Origin: the human T2T-CHM13v2.0 reference genome, Homo sapiens
Length of the DNA stretch: 64,000 nucleotides
Strand: one strand, 5' to 3'
Assembly: GCF_009914755.1 (NCBI RefSeq)
Contig: NC_060927.1
A program made the position numbers and the translations under genes. Shown here in pieces: positions 45,841 through 58,799 of this stretch. Numbering within the stretch: position 1 is the first letter of the stretch; every line of letters starts with the position of its first letter. The notes below the pieces were generated by a model. It was not told where the DNA came from and did not search any database. It saw only the letters and a list, made by a program, of their open reading frames with translations.

Positions 45841-47138
45841 TATGCAGAGGCTTCAATAAGTTCATCAAAATATATGTTCCAAAATCCTATGCATAGATTT
45901 CAAACTTTTCTTCCATCAAAATAAATTCATACTAACTTGTTGTAACATGTCTGAGTAGGATCTAGTTTGAGGCACTAAGAAGATTAAGACATCAGTTTGA
46001 AAAGATCCCGTATCAGAGCAACATGAATAACATGAATTCTGCTAATGTTGAGGCAAGAACATGCATCAAATTTATGGCGAAGCTTGGATGGAAGAATGGT
46101 AAAGTCGCTGATGCTTTACAAGAAGCTTATGGGGGCAATGCCCAAAATAAACCAGCAATTTACAAATGGATAATTCATTATAAGAATAAATGACACCATG
46201 TCGAATATGAAGCCTACAGTGGCAGACCATCAACATCAATTTCCAAGGAAAAAATTCACCTTGTTCATGCTTTAACTGAAGAGGAAGAAGGACTGATGAT
46301 TAACAGCAGAAACAGGCAACATCGTAGACATCTCAACTGGTTCATCTTGCACCATTCTGACTGAAAAACTAAAGCTGAACATACTTTCCACTCAGTGGGT
46401 GCCAAAACTGTTGCACACAGATCAGCTGCAGACAAGAGCTTTCTACTGAAATTTTAACCAAGTGAGATTAATGTCCTGAAGCATTCCTCAGAAGAATTAT
46501 AACAGGAGATGGAACCTGGTTTTACCCGCATGATCCTGAAGATAAAGCATAATTATAGCAGTGGCTACCAAGAGGTGGAAATGGGTGGGGCCCAGTAAAA
46601 CCAAAGGTGGACTGGTCACAAGTAAAAGTCATGGAAACAGTTTTTTGGTATGCTCAAGACATTTTGCTTGTTGACTTTCTGGAGGGCCAAAGAATGATAA
46701 CATCTTATTATGAGAGTCTTTCGGGAAAGGTGGCTGAAGCTTTAGCGGAGAAACAGCTAGGGAAGCTTCATCAGAAAGCACCTCTCCACCATGACAATGC
46801 TCCTGTTCATTCTTCTCATTAAATGAGGACAATTTTGTGAGAGTTTTGATGGAAAATCATTAGATATCCACTTTACAGTCCCGATTTGGCCCCTTCTGAC
46901 TTTTTTCATTTCCTAATTTTAAAAAGTCTGTAAAGGGCACTCATTTTTCTTCAGTTAATAATGTAATCAAGATTGCATTGACCCCCAATTCTTTAGGGAT
47001 GGACTAAATGGCTGGTATTATTGCTTACAAAAGCATCTTAAACTTCATGGAGTTTATGTTGAGGAAATAAAGATTTTTTTTGAGAAAAAATTTATCTTTC
47101 AATTCTATTTTCCACAAACTTTTTGAAGTCCTCTTGTA
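45841..47138 (+). mobile_element. Hsmar2 mariner, near full length, with TA flanks
   Basis: TIRs gaggcttcaataagttcat.../...acaaactttttgaagtcctc; Hsmar2 leader gatctagtttgaggcactaagaag. Confidence 0.93.
46032..47060 (+). pseudogene. Degenerate Hsmar2 transposase
   Basis: MNSANVEARTCIKFMAKLGWKNG...(stop); mariner motifs WVPKLL (~46395), ITGDGTW (~46499), HHDNAPVH (~46787), YSPDLAPSDF (~46874); multiple stops and frameshifts. Confidence 0.9.
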
Positions 47139-47169
47139 CTATCCTCAAACTTTGTGCACTAATTGAAAA

Positions 47170-47285
47170 AATATATATATTTTTGTAAAATTATTTATAA
47201 TGTTACATATATAATATATAATTTTACATATAACTTATGTATATAATTATATATAAATTTGCATGTAATTTTTACATATATACAC
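47170..47285. repeat. (TA)n low-complexity tract
   Basis: Seen directly. Confidence 0.85.
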
Positions 47286-47419
47286 TTCTACAAAGGAAAT
47301 AAGTGAGGACCAATTTTGTCTAAGTGGCTTAGGAAAAGCTGACCAAATAAAAGATCCTTCCTCACACACTGTGGAGTCCTTCCATTGAAGAATGTGGACA
47401 ACACACTCCATAGCAGAAG

Positions 47420-47640
47420 TCAAAACTGGTGGCTGCTCTCCATCATATTTTATTTCTTCCTACGTTTTTTTTATTTAAATAAATTGTCAACTTTAAAAAT
47501 TCAAGATCTTACATCTAAATATCTGGATTTCCATTACCTCATGGAAAAAATGAGGCCTCTGGCAACCATGAACTCTTATCCCCACATGGCAACGATTGCA
47601 TGGTACTAAATAATAATGCCACCTATGCCAGGCTTGGATT
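47420..47640. mobile_element. MER102-like fossil
   Basis: aaatatctggatttcc...ctctggcaacc...cccacatggcaac. Confidence 0.5.
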
Positions 47641-48230
47641 CTCTTCACTCCAGTAAGTTCTCTGTCTGGCTCCTGTGGGCCTCTGCATTTGCCACCCTGC
47701 TCTGCGTTCAGTAATAACTGCAAGAGAGTTCTTTTGTTCCCAGCTTGGATTGATCCAGGAAGATGTCTAAAGAAAGCTGGACCAAGAGCAAACTCTGGAG
47801 AATGGACGGGAAAGAAAATGAGTAGGAGGGGAAAAGAAGAGTCTCTCAGGATAGGCTTATGGTGTAAGCAAAGCCTCAGGGGTGAGGGTCAGGGTATGGG
47901 GGAAGGATGTGTAAGATAGAGTAAAACACTGAATGTACTGGTTTGACTGGGTCAGAGGTGTAGGAATGGGAATAGCAGGTGAAAAACTTCAGAAAATTCA
48001 TTGAAGAGAGACTGAGGAGAGCCTTGAGGGCTAATCCAAGGAGTTTCTGAGACATTCTCTAAATTACAGTTCTTAACTTTCTATTGAGAAACAGATCAAC
48101 CCACTCTCTATGCAATTTCAGGTAAGCTAAATGCCCACTTAAAGCTTAGGCAGCATGCCCTGCCTCTCCTTACTTTCCATTCTTTAAATCAAAAAACAGT
48201 ACCTACAAATGTTATGTTAATCTGGGAGCA

Positions 48231-48280
48231 ACATGCCCAAAATCAAAAGGACTGAACATGCCCAAAATCAAGAGGACTGA
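48231..48280. repeat. 25-bp tandem duplication
   Basis: acatgcccaaaatcaa(a/g)aggactga x2. Confidence 0.9.
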
Positions 48281-48329
48281 AAGCAGGAAGAATGCTTTGG
48301 CACAGAAGGGGAAAGGATGAAGCGGCAGT

Positions 48330-48560
48330 GGAGAGCCATGGTTAAGGACACAGGTACCTGCCTGGGTTCACATCCTGAACTGAGTATATGCACCATGGTC
48401 TTCTGAAGGTTACTTATTATCTCTGAGCCTCAGTTTTTTCATCTCCAATGGAGGAAATACTAGTACCTACATTAAAGGTCTGCTGTGAGAATTAAGTGAG
48501 TTGATACATATTATATATGTTTAGAATAGTTCCTGGCACAAAGTAAGGTCTCCACGAACA
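48330..48560. mobile_element. MIR SINE
   Basis: ctctgagcctcagttttttcatct...atagttcctggcaca. Confidence 0.8.
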
Positions 48561-49049
48561 TTAACTGTGCTGCTGTCAGCATCACTACCACTGTTACCAC
48601 TATCATCATCACTTAAAAAACTGCATTAAGTCCAGAAGGATAGTGGCTGAGAGTTCATCTGCAGCCGTGGCCATAAAAATAGAAGTAAATACATGACAAA
48701 GAAGTTGTGAAGGAAGACTATATAGGACTTGGTAACTGCAGAAATGTGGGGAAAAGAGCTATTCAGAAGTATTTAAAGATCACTGCATGAATCTGAAGCT
48801 AGATGATACAATAAAATAACATGGACAAAGGTCAAAAAGAATGTGGCTTTTGGAGAAGTCACATTTAAGATGAAAGCAGAGGACTGCAGTGGGACTATTC
48901 AGAAGTAGTTGAAACGGCAGAAATAGAATTGAGTAGAAAGGTCAGGCTAGATGCAGATTTGACAGCTGGTGGTGCTTTGTGAAGCTGATAATTTCTGCAA
49001 GGCAAGGGGATGAGGAACACAGATAAGCCATATCATCATGATCATTGTT

Positions 49050-49260
49050 TTTAGATACCACTGCCTGGACACTTTCTATGTTCTAGGAGCTGTCCTGAGC
49101 ATTTTATATGGACTGTCTCATTAAGCCATGATTATCTCCCCATTTTATAGATGCAGACACTGAGGATTAGAAAGTTTAAAATCCTTGTTCAAAGGCACCC
49201 AGCTTTTAGGCGGTATGAATTAAAAAGTGGAATCCATAGCCTTCACTCTTAATCATTTAC
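49050..49260. mobile_element. MIR SINE
   Basis: cccattttatagatgcagacactgagg. Confidence 0.7.
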
Positions 49261-50314
49261 TATATTCCTTTCCACAGTAAAAGAAAAGTGAGATGTAAGG
49301 AAAGGGAATAATCTAAGAAGTCGAGAGACAAAAGCGAATGAGTCATGCCTCTGAGGAAGAAGGTAACGAGTTTATGAGCTAGATAGAGAGTCTTCCAAAG
49401 GCTAATTTGTGCTTCATGAATAGAGAAAGGTTTTTAAAAGGAAGAAAGAAAGGGGCCTAAAAGGGAAGGAGTTACATTTGATCAGTCAAATACTAGACAA
49501 GAAAGTAATTCCCAAGATCAAATTCCAATTTCAGTTTGAATGCAGGACAAGTGGCAGGGTTTCATTTGCTTGGCATCACCAAAGAAATGGATACCAGAAT
49601 TCTGATTTGACATTCATTTACAATAGAATTTTGCAATTATCAATTGCCATTTTTCCAGCTTGGACAGGGTTATTAACTTTTTCTTGGAAGGTGATTAGTG
49701 CTTAGATTCCATCCTTAAAAAGACACAGACTACAGAGGTACCTGTCCGGTGGTGGTAAATAATGTCAACTCCACAACAATGGCTACAAACACCACATCAC
49801 AGATCACCACACCAACAGCTAACACACCAAGCCTTCTACCTACCAGGCACCACACTAGCTGGGGCTGATACCGCACTTGCTACCCAGAACTACCCCCATG
49901 TGACAGGTATTGTCACTCGCCAGTTCAGTCTACCTCTGGTGCCTACTGTCTGGCCCTCTTGTTGATATTTGGGTAAGTCTCCTAGAATTTGAAACTTCCA
50001 TTTACTCCCTCAAAAAATAAAGAACGGATTATGTTTTGATAGCTACTGCAGCTTTATATAGTTGATGCACACTCTGTGTATGTTCTCCGTCACTCACATA
50101 TAGGGATCTAGAGAAAACAGCTATATAACGTTAGGGGAAGGAGTAAATCCCCTTGTTTTCTGATAAGTTTATGAGCGAGTGACAAAAAGGAAAATCTTTC
50201 TTGTGCTTCAGAATGAGACAGCGATGAAAAACAAAACCACTTCTGTGCAGGGTGAAACAAACATTATTGCCAAGGCCATTTTTGATTGGGAAATGAACAG
50301 AAGATTAAATCATA

Positions 50315-50625
50315 GTGGCTAAGTGAAAGAAACCAGACACAAAAAGTTAATATATTGTACGATTCCATTTATATGAAATACCTAAAATAGATAAACCCAT
50401 GGAGATAGAACACAGATTAATGCTTATCATGGGCTGGAGTGGATGGGAGAATGAGGAGAAACTGCTTAATAGGTAAGAGGTTTTACTTTGGGAATGTTTT
50501 GGAACTATATAAAGGTGGTAGCTGCACAACATTATCAGTGTACTAAATCTAACAGAATTGTTCACTTAAAATGATTAATTTTCTATTATGTGAATTACAT
50601 CTCAATAACTTATTTCAAAATGAAA
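50315..50625 (+). mobile_element. L1MB 3' end
   Basis: gctaagtgaaagaaaccagacacaaaa...gattccatttatatgaaat...acatctcaataa. Confidence 0.85.
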
Positions 50626-51024
50626 AAATAGAAAGTTTAAATTCAAGGATACATATAAAGAATTTTTTTTTGCTTTTTCCCCAGAACATTTAAAGAATCA
50701 CTATAAAAAGGAAACTTTATCCTCCTCATATCTAAGTTTAATTTGGGAGGATGTGGGAAGGGGCTTTATTATTACTGTTACTTCTTTGCTTTTCATTGTC
50801 CACAAAATCACATATAGGAATGCACCAGGCAATCAAGCATTTTCTCTACCTGGGCTGTAGCCACTGATGTAAACTACATAGAAAATGTATTACACAGATA
50901 AGCAAATTCTTCACTGTGAAGGTAGTATTCTCTCTACTCAAAAGTTTTCAAAGAATAAACTGCAACTGTAGAAAAGAAGGGTAACTTTTAAATTAATTTA
51001 GAAGCAGAGCTCAGCTTGCCCTTT

Positions 51025-51428
51025 GCATTAGCTCAGGTTCTTTGACCAAAAGACACAAAGTCAGCATTAGACACCTAGGAGATTACTGGGGGAGGAAAGC
51101 AGGGTAGGAAGGAAGAACTTCCAGACCATGATGCTAATGCTTGTGAAGCAGAGGAAGAGATAGGAGGTTTGGGAAGAAGGAGTCTTAGGCTCCAGGGTAC
51201 TTCCAAGAGAGGTCTGGCAGGCCAACTAGGAGTCCTTGAGCCCATGTTCCAGTGAGAAAGTCTCACATGTAAAAGGAAGGAGTCTATGCTAACAGCTCAT
51301 TCACTGACTATAGGAAGTTTGGACTTGCCATGAGACAGCAGTGGATCAAGGATAGCAGTAGCTGAGTTCTTCAGCCAGTTATGCTCCCACAACAAGAGAC
51401 CTCAGTGGCCCATTTTTATGGTGCCACA
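51025..51428 (-). mobile_element. LTR16-like (ERVL) LTR
   Basis: Minus strand begins tgtggcaccataaaaatgggccactgaggtctcttgttgtgggagcataactgg. Confidence 0.6.
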
Positions 51429-51437
51429 TCAGCCTAC

Positions 51438-51959
51438 TGATAGCGACAGGAGGCGGCCAAATGCCTAGGCATATAAAGGCAGGTCCCCAGTGCAACCCCA
51501 CTTCCAAGCTGAAAACAGTTTAAAGCCTGAAAACCAAGCTACAGGTTAAATGCTTGGACTGGATTGAGAACTTGTCTTCCCGTTTGGCACACTTTCCTCT
51601 GATTGATCCTCACCTTTCACCTATTTTACATATACCTACCCTTTCCTAATTAGTTGTCTACACTGCCACGCCCACCTTTGAGTAGCGTCTTTGCTTTAAC
51701 CTTTTTTGCATACTCACAGACCAATCAGCACACACTCCCTTTACTGAGCCCATAAAAGCCACAGCCTCAGCCATATTAGAGAATTTTCCCACTTTCGGGT
51801 AGGGGAACCGCTCCCCACATCCCCTCTTTGCTGAGAGCTTTCTTTTCACTTAATGAATTCTACTCTACTAACTCTCCAGTGTCCACGAGCCTAATTCCTC
51901 CTGGTTGTGAGACAAGAACTCGGACCTAGCTGAACTAAGGAGCAAAAAACCCTGCATCA
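51438..51959 (+). mobile_element. ERV1 solo LTR (MER66-like)
   Basis: TGATAG...CTGCATCA termini, CCAAT box and cataaaa TATA; flanks ctac/ctat. Confidence 0.88.
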
Positions 51960-54649
51960 CTATTTTTCAAAGTCTCTACTATAGATCTGGCAGTACATTA
52001 ACTCTCTTTCTCCTGTAGCTATGAGGAATGGGAAGCTGTGGTTATCGGAAACCTGAAAATAATACCTACTTTTATTTTAAGCAAGAGTTTCTGCAACTTC
52101 TCTCCTGAAAATCTTTGAGGTATAATGCTAGAAAGGGAGAGGAAATAAAAGACTCATAAAGGACAATGCCAGTGTCCATGCTCTAAGAAAAATTTCAGCC
52201 AGCAAGAAACTAACTAGATGAGAAAGTAATAATCGTGTGTGTAACCCAAAAAGGGCAAATCTGATCCTGCCTATCAAGTGTGACAGTTTATTAACATTGA
52301 TTGGAAATTTAACAAATACACAGGGTCAGTCACATAGGTATTAATGCCACACCCACCCTCCACAATCAGTTATAAGCCTGTTCTGTTAAAGCAGTATGAA
52401 TACTTTATAATCTGTATTCATCAGTTTTGCAGAATTGTAATGTTTGTCTGAAATCTAGGGTGATACTTAGTAAATTACACACTTAATATGTTAGAAAATA
52501 TTAATGTTACCATATTACCCAATAATCCAAATTTTGTGGAAGGAATAAGGTACCTGGAAGGAATCTATTTGATTTCATAGGAGTTAAGAAAATAATATAT
52601 ATACCACATAGGTGGAAAAAAAATCTATGTTTTGGGAAAAACTGACAAACTCTGGATGTGTTACAAGAAAATGTTTTAAAAATAATAAAAACATTTATGT
52701 ATGCATATACACATGTAATCTTAAAAATAAGGAATAAAAGGTGGAAAGTCTATACATAAGAATGAAATTTTATTATATATTGAAAAGCAAGTACTGTGAT
52801 TAATAGACTTTTTTGAAAGATGCTAACATAACCTATTTTTGGGCCAGATAATCAGTCTCTTTTAGAATAAAATGTGCTTTCTATCAGCTTTTTGGTCACT
52901 GTAACAATAATTTGCTGGCCAAGAACTAAATAAGTGGCTTAAAGTACATCTGAAGGTATTTATAACCTATAAAAAGTTTCCTCTTATCATCATATCTGCT
53001 TTATTAACTTCAAGGGTTTTTCTGCAGAAGTTCTCTCATTTTCTTTTTGCACTGGGATTTTGTCCTTCATAGTTCTAAAAGAAATATCCCATTTTCTCCC
53101 TTTCTTAACCCTCAGGATAGAAGAAGTAGTATCTTCTCACAGTGTGTGAAGACTCATTCTCCCAAAAGATGAGCACAAAGGAATAGATGCTGAGAATATC
53201 AATGCCTGTGACATTTGCTGTCTCCCATAATGACTGCCATGGGAGGACTTGGGAAGCGGACTGCAATCTGATCTCAAGTCTTCTGACTCACACTCTATTT
53301 TGGACTGCTTTTGTCTTGGATCTGGAGTATAGAAACACCTATTTCGTGGTCGGTAGGCAGTTTAACAATCACATACACAATGAAGCAATCAGAAAGGTGA
53401 GCAGGTGAATATTCTCTTTCAGAGGATAAATTACTTTTTCTAGGAAAATGATTATTGGCTGACAATGAGGTGGTAATTTACTTCCCTCTAGACTATAATA
53501 AACAAAAATACAAAGTAGGACACCATTTTCAACAGCTGTGTGGGTGATTATAATCACCTTTTAGCCTTGAAACTAGTCCCTATCTCATTAGCTATGATAC
53601 ATAATTTTTTAAAAAATCATGCCTTCAAAAAGAAAAGGTTTTCTGTGGCTGAGTTAGGCTAGCTGTCCATAGTGCCACCTATTACCAAACTTTACAGAGG
53701 ATGAGATTTCTTTTAAGTAAACCCTGCTTCTGAATTCAGAGTATCCTCTTGCTCCCAGCCTCCAGGAACTAGTCTGAGGCAGTCAGTTCTATTACAGGAA
53801 GAGGACACAAGAGGTGCATTATGTAAGTCAGCAATGACTAAGCCGGGTGCTCTATGGGGATGGCAGTACTCTGGATAGTGAAATAAGTGCTCTTTTAGGT
53901 AGGATTGCTTTAGTTGGTCTTTGAGTTACTTAAGAGCCAAGCCTAGAGCAGAAGAGGTTGCAACAGAATGTGACATGAGTTGGAATCTGTAGAACAGGAA
54001 TTCAGGAGTTGTCCCTAGATACTATAGCAGGGTAAGAAATGGAAGCGGAGAGCACATCATGGAGACATGGAGAACAGAGGAGGTGAAAGAAGCCCTGTAA
54101 TGTGAAGCAGGGGATGGAGGACCCTGGCAGCAGCCTGGGGCCTGCAGAGGAAAAAGCTCCAAGAGGAGCTCCATATAAGAGGGTGGCCAAGTTCGTGGCA
54201 TCAGACTTTCCACTGGAAATGGATTCCTGCTTTGTCCTATAATTACCCTCTTATCTCTATACCTCCAGGAAAAGAATGTTCTAACAATGTTGGTGTTAGA
54301 AACACCAACCTTGGGTTAGTAGAGCACTGGGGCTTGTAGGGATATGTAAGAAACATCTGCTGGTCACCAAGGGGAAGAGCTGAGCAGAGGTGCTGGCATG
54401 CACACAGAAGCAGGAATCCAGAGCAAGAGATGGCAGAAGAGCACAACAGAAACTCACACGTGTCTGAAAGTGCTGGGGTAGACAGTTGGTCTCCCCATGG
54501 TAAGCAGGATCACACCATTTGCACTTAGATCATTAGAGAAGCTGAAAAGACTGAGGAACTTAGGGAGTACGAAATCTCTCTAAGTGAAATCTCAGTGCGA
54601 AATCTCAGTGAGAGGATTTTGTTAGTCTAAATTCAAAGTCTCTAAAAAA

Positions 54650-54886
54650 CAAAATTGAATTAGCTGCCAACATTTAAAAGTGAGATCATTTTATTTTTCT
54701 TAATCCAAATTCTTTGGTTAAAAAAAAAAATTAGACAACCTGAAAATGTTAGGCTTAAATTCCTTAGTGCTGCATAGAAATTGGTGCCTTTACAGAGAAC
54801 AGTTCAAAACAGACCTACCACCTAGATCAATTTAATCATTGATACGGCTGGCCTGCCCCTGGAGACACCCAATTCTGCAGCCCCTG
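54650..54886. mobile_element. MER102-like fossil
   Basis: ttagctgccaacatttaaaa...ctggcctgcccctggagacac...cagcccctg. Confidence 0.5.
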
Positions 54887-55084
54887 GTAGCACCTGATTT
54901 AAAGGATCTATCCATGACTAAAGACATTTTCTATGCATTTGTAAAGGTTATTTTTGCTTTGCTTGTAGTGATTGCTCAGAAGATTTTTAGTGAATTCCTT
55001 AGTTCTGTACTTTGAAGTGAAATCCAAGTTTCACCTCCATATACATGTGATCTCCAAAGTGGTTTCATGCTCATGAAAGACAGC

Positions 55085-55533
55085 TGTGCTGGTTATTCCT
55101 CATTTTCCACCAGATGCATTCTCTTTCCTTCCTGATCTGCATCCTGGGAAGTTATTTCCTGTGTACCTGCCAGACTCACTGATCCTCTGACTTACTGTTA
55201 GGTTCGGCCAGTGAGAATTATCTGCAACAGAATGGAGGCCAGGAGAGAAGAGAAGATGGGTATTGACTCACTGTCATGGTTCTATAACCCTCCACCCCCA
55301 CAACTCCCATTGTGACCCCTTGGATAAGGTCAGCTCTTATGTGGCTCTGATAACACATGATCCCTTCTAGGTTTAGAGGTGATGCCAGCTTCCCTCCACT
55401 GTTAGTCCCCGGTGCTTCCCCACCCCATGTAGTTTCCTTAACCCTATCTATACCTTATAAGTAATCCCATTACTAAAATACCTCCCATTAAATCTGATTA
55501 TACAATCTGTTTCCTCCTGGACCCCTGACTATA
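55085..55533 (+). mobile_element. LTR33-like solo LTR
   Basis: tgtgctggttattcc...ttaggttcggccagtgag...atctgtttcctcctggacccctgact. Confidence 0.7.
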
Positions 55534-57199
55534 AGTCAAATTTGAACATTCCAAATTCTGGTACAAAAGCAGTTGGACAGAAAAGATAAAAGGAAATAGA
55601 GTAAATTTCAAATGAGTCTTGAAAACAATTTGGACAAGCATAATCTTGCAGATTGGTCCTTACAAGCCCTACTTGCCTTAATCAGATACCTCAACAGTTG
55701 AGTGTTCTGGGTCATTTCTTCTCTGAAGCCTTTCATTTCATGCGTAATTAGAAACATGCCAGTCTGTAATGATGGCAGCCTTTAAAATGGTCAGTCTGTC
55801 ACTTCCATGGCCCTAACTCCAGACACAAAATGCATGCTTGATTACTAAGAGTCTTATTAAGGGGCTATTGTTTCCCCCATCCCTGCCAGCTCCTCCTACC
55901 TCCTGATCTTTATCATCTTGCATTCTACTTAAAGAAGGATTTAAAGAGAAAAAAAGAAAATCTCATAGACACTCACATCAGATTGTATTAATAAGCAAGG
56001 TAAACTACATCTGGGCTTGTCACTCACAGTTTTTCTTTTCCTCTCTAAATCTAAGAATAACATGCAGTCAGTTGCAAAACAGGGAGCAAGTTTTCCAAAG
56101 AGCACGTGGGTGGGAGAAGCCAACCATGAAGTAAATTCCAACATCAACAGTCTGGTTGGATTCCACTGTGGCCCCCACTAATTTTCCCAACTTTTTGGGC
56201 CATGAAATTTATTATTATCAACTCCAGGTATAGTTATAATCCTTGGTAAAACTCCTCTCAGACCTGGCAGATAGTGTCCTTTAAAGAGTACACTAATTCT
56301 AAAAACTGCTTATTTCTATATTGACTGAGATAGGAAAAAATAGCCTTCATTTTCACAAGTGATTCACTCTAATCATTTAATACCTATTACTGCAACAACA
56401 TGCACCAGATTTCTGACAGACACCTGTTTGCAAATTATCTAAGTTTCAGAGCAGAAAGCCTGGTTTAGAAATACAATACCATCTGTAATAAAGTAGCACT
56501 AGCACTCATCTGGACTATTTTGGACTAAAAATAGTCCAAAAATGAAACACAATAGAATTTTAGTTTCTTGAGGATTGGGAATATCAGTCACTGTATAGTC
56601 ATTGCTTCAAGAACAGTACCCAGTACATAGTAGATGCTCAATCCACATTTACTGAAATAAAAAGAATGCCTTAATAGCCCACTGTCTTGGCAGACTTTAC
56701 CTACTCTCATTCCAGCACTTGGAACAATTACCTACTTTCAAGGACCACCTTTGTACAGTCATGCTCATGCCCAGAACAAAATTCTTATTTCACAGAGATA
56801 CCAATAATGCAAAACAAAGGTTTTGACTGGTTCTCTGCTTTAGCATATGAATAATACACTCTAGTCTACAGAGAAGATAATGGAAGCCAATAGTCCAAGC
56901 GTTCAAGTGGTACTTACTTCATTTAAAAGTAAAAGCCCGGGATAGACAAAGACAGAAAAAGCAGCATTGAAATAACCTGTGTGAGAAAGCAGAATTTTAA
57001 CAACAGAGCTGGGCAAAGGAAAAAGCAATTAGTAGGTTTGTCTTCATGCAGCTTCAAGAGTACTGGTTGTTAAAATTATCTTAGGAGCTGGTGGTGCTTG
57101 GATTTCCTTTCAACAGACCCTGAACTATGCAGTGCTTAACCTCCTTTTCTGAGAACTATCCAGGGACACCAAATAGGAATGGATGTGCACATCGCTGCT

Positions 57200-57736
57200 G
57201 TCAGGGCTCAGAAAGATAATACCCAAAATGAAGGCCTCAGAAACAAAAGACTCTTGGACCTTCTCCAGCCCTCCTCTCTCTAGCCTCTAATTTTCTCCCC
57301 ATAGGCCAGCCACAAAACCTAAAAATATTATTCTAATCCCTACCACCTTCCTGCATAATAACTGGCCATAAAGAAACTATCTGACCTACCTTGCTTAATT
57401 ATAGGTCATTAGACCCCCATTCCAGAAAGCGTCCTGCCCCATACCCAGAAGCAAGGAATGCTGCTGAGAGGCAAAGATGAATGCAGACACACCTTGCTGG
57501 GTTTTCTCAGTCTACCAGGATTAGATCACATTTTTTGTCCAATCATATTTCTATATGGCTCTCTGTACTTTGTTGAGCCCAAGTACAAAATTGGACAATT
57601 TCCCCTGTATCTTTGGGTCATCATTCTGAAGGCTCCCATGTCATGTAAAATTATGATCAAATAAATTTGTATGCCTTTTCTTCTATTCATCTGCCTCTTG
57701 TCAGTGTTTTCAGCAATCCTTCATAGAGTGAAGGGA
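57200..57736 (+). mobile_element. MER39-like ERV1 LTR
   Basis: ggctcagaaagataatacccaaaatgaaggcctcag...ctggccataaagaaactatctgacctacc...aataaatttgtatgcc. Confidence 0.85.
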
Positions 57737-57769
57737 TCGTGTGTTAGGATTCTCTAAAAGGACAGAACT

Positions 57770-58056
57770 TTGCAAACCCCCAGCTTTTCTGCGTGGCAGA
57801 TAGGAAATTGAAAGTACATCTGCTTGGTTGCTGTCCACAACCAATCAGACTGATTGTGGGCCAAGTCTGCCTTTGCACAGAAGTGCAACTTTGTAAATTC
57901 ACTTTAGCTTCTGATTGGTTGCTTTCCACAACCAATGAGAATACTTTCGTTTTCAAAAAATCCCTACTTTTTTTGCGTCATTCTTTCCTTGCTTTGTGTG
58001 TTTTGTCTAATTCTTTGTTCAAAATGCCAAGAACCTGGACACACTCCACCAGTAAC
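57770..58056 (+). mobile_element. MER57-like ERV1 LTR fragment
   Basis: accaatcagactgattgtgggcc...ttctttgttcaaaatgccaagaacctggacac...gtaaca. Confidence 0.8.
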
Positions 58057-58799
58057 AAGAACAATGGAGAAGGTTCAAAATGTCAGATTTTAAACAAAAA
58101 TTTCGAGGCTATTTATTACCTAGAAAACAAACAAAAATGTGCAGTTTAAACAAACCCAAAAAGAGACAGAGAATCTATTATTTCAGGTCACTGAGTATGT
58201 ACTACTCAGTTGTCTCGGGATGTGACAGTAGCTAAGACCCTCTTTCTGACCTAGAGAAAAATCCTTCATTCTTCAAAATAAGGTTTGAAGTCACTTCCTC
58301 TAGGTAGGCTTCCATAAACCTAGTCAGATGCTCATTCACAGGACTTTTACAGATAGCTCTTTGATCCTCTCTCCACCATAGAACTTGTATTACACTGCTC
58401 TTACATTTGATTCTAATGAGACTATAGGCTTCAAAAGAACTAGGACCACACCTGTCTTTTGAATTCCCAGCCCTGCAACAGGGCTTGGTTTATAGGAACA
58501 CTGAAAGAATAGCCTTTGGATTTGTTGAATGTAAGTTTTTAAAGTCAGGGACCAGGCTTTACACAGCCCATAATACAAGCTCAGTATTGGAGATGTTTCC
58601 AGTATTATGGGTCCTAACTCACCAAGACAGAAGGAAAGACCTCACTTTTCCAAGTTCCCATTCAGCAAGGGCAAGGAAGGAGTAGGAAGCAATACAGGAA
58701 TTCAGTTTCTGAACGATCATTAAAAGAAGGATGTCCAGGTTGCAGCAGCAGCAGAAATCCTATAATATATTTTTGTTTTTCTTCTCAAATGAGCTAGAA

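Noticed and set aside
46032-47060. Active or domesticated transposase (SETMAR-like)
   Set aside because: Hsmar2 rather than Hsmar1; multiple stops and frameshifts.
49760-49965. Thr/His-rich mucin-like translations
   Set aside because: Product of C/A-rich composition; no splice or start context.
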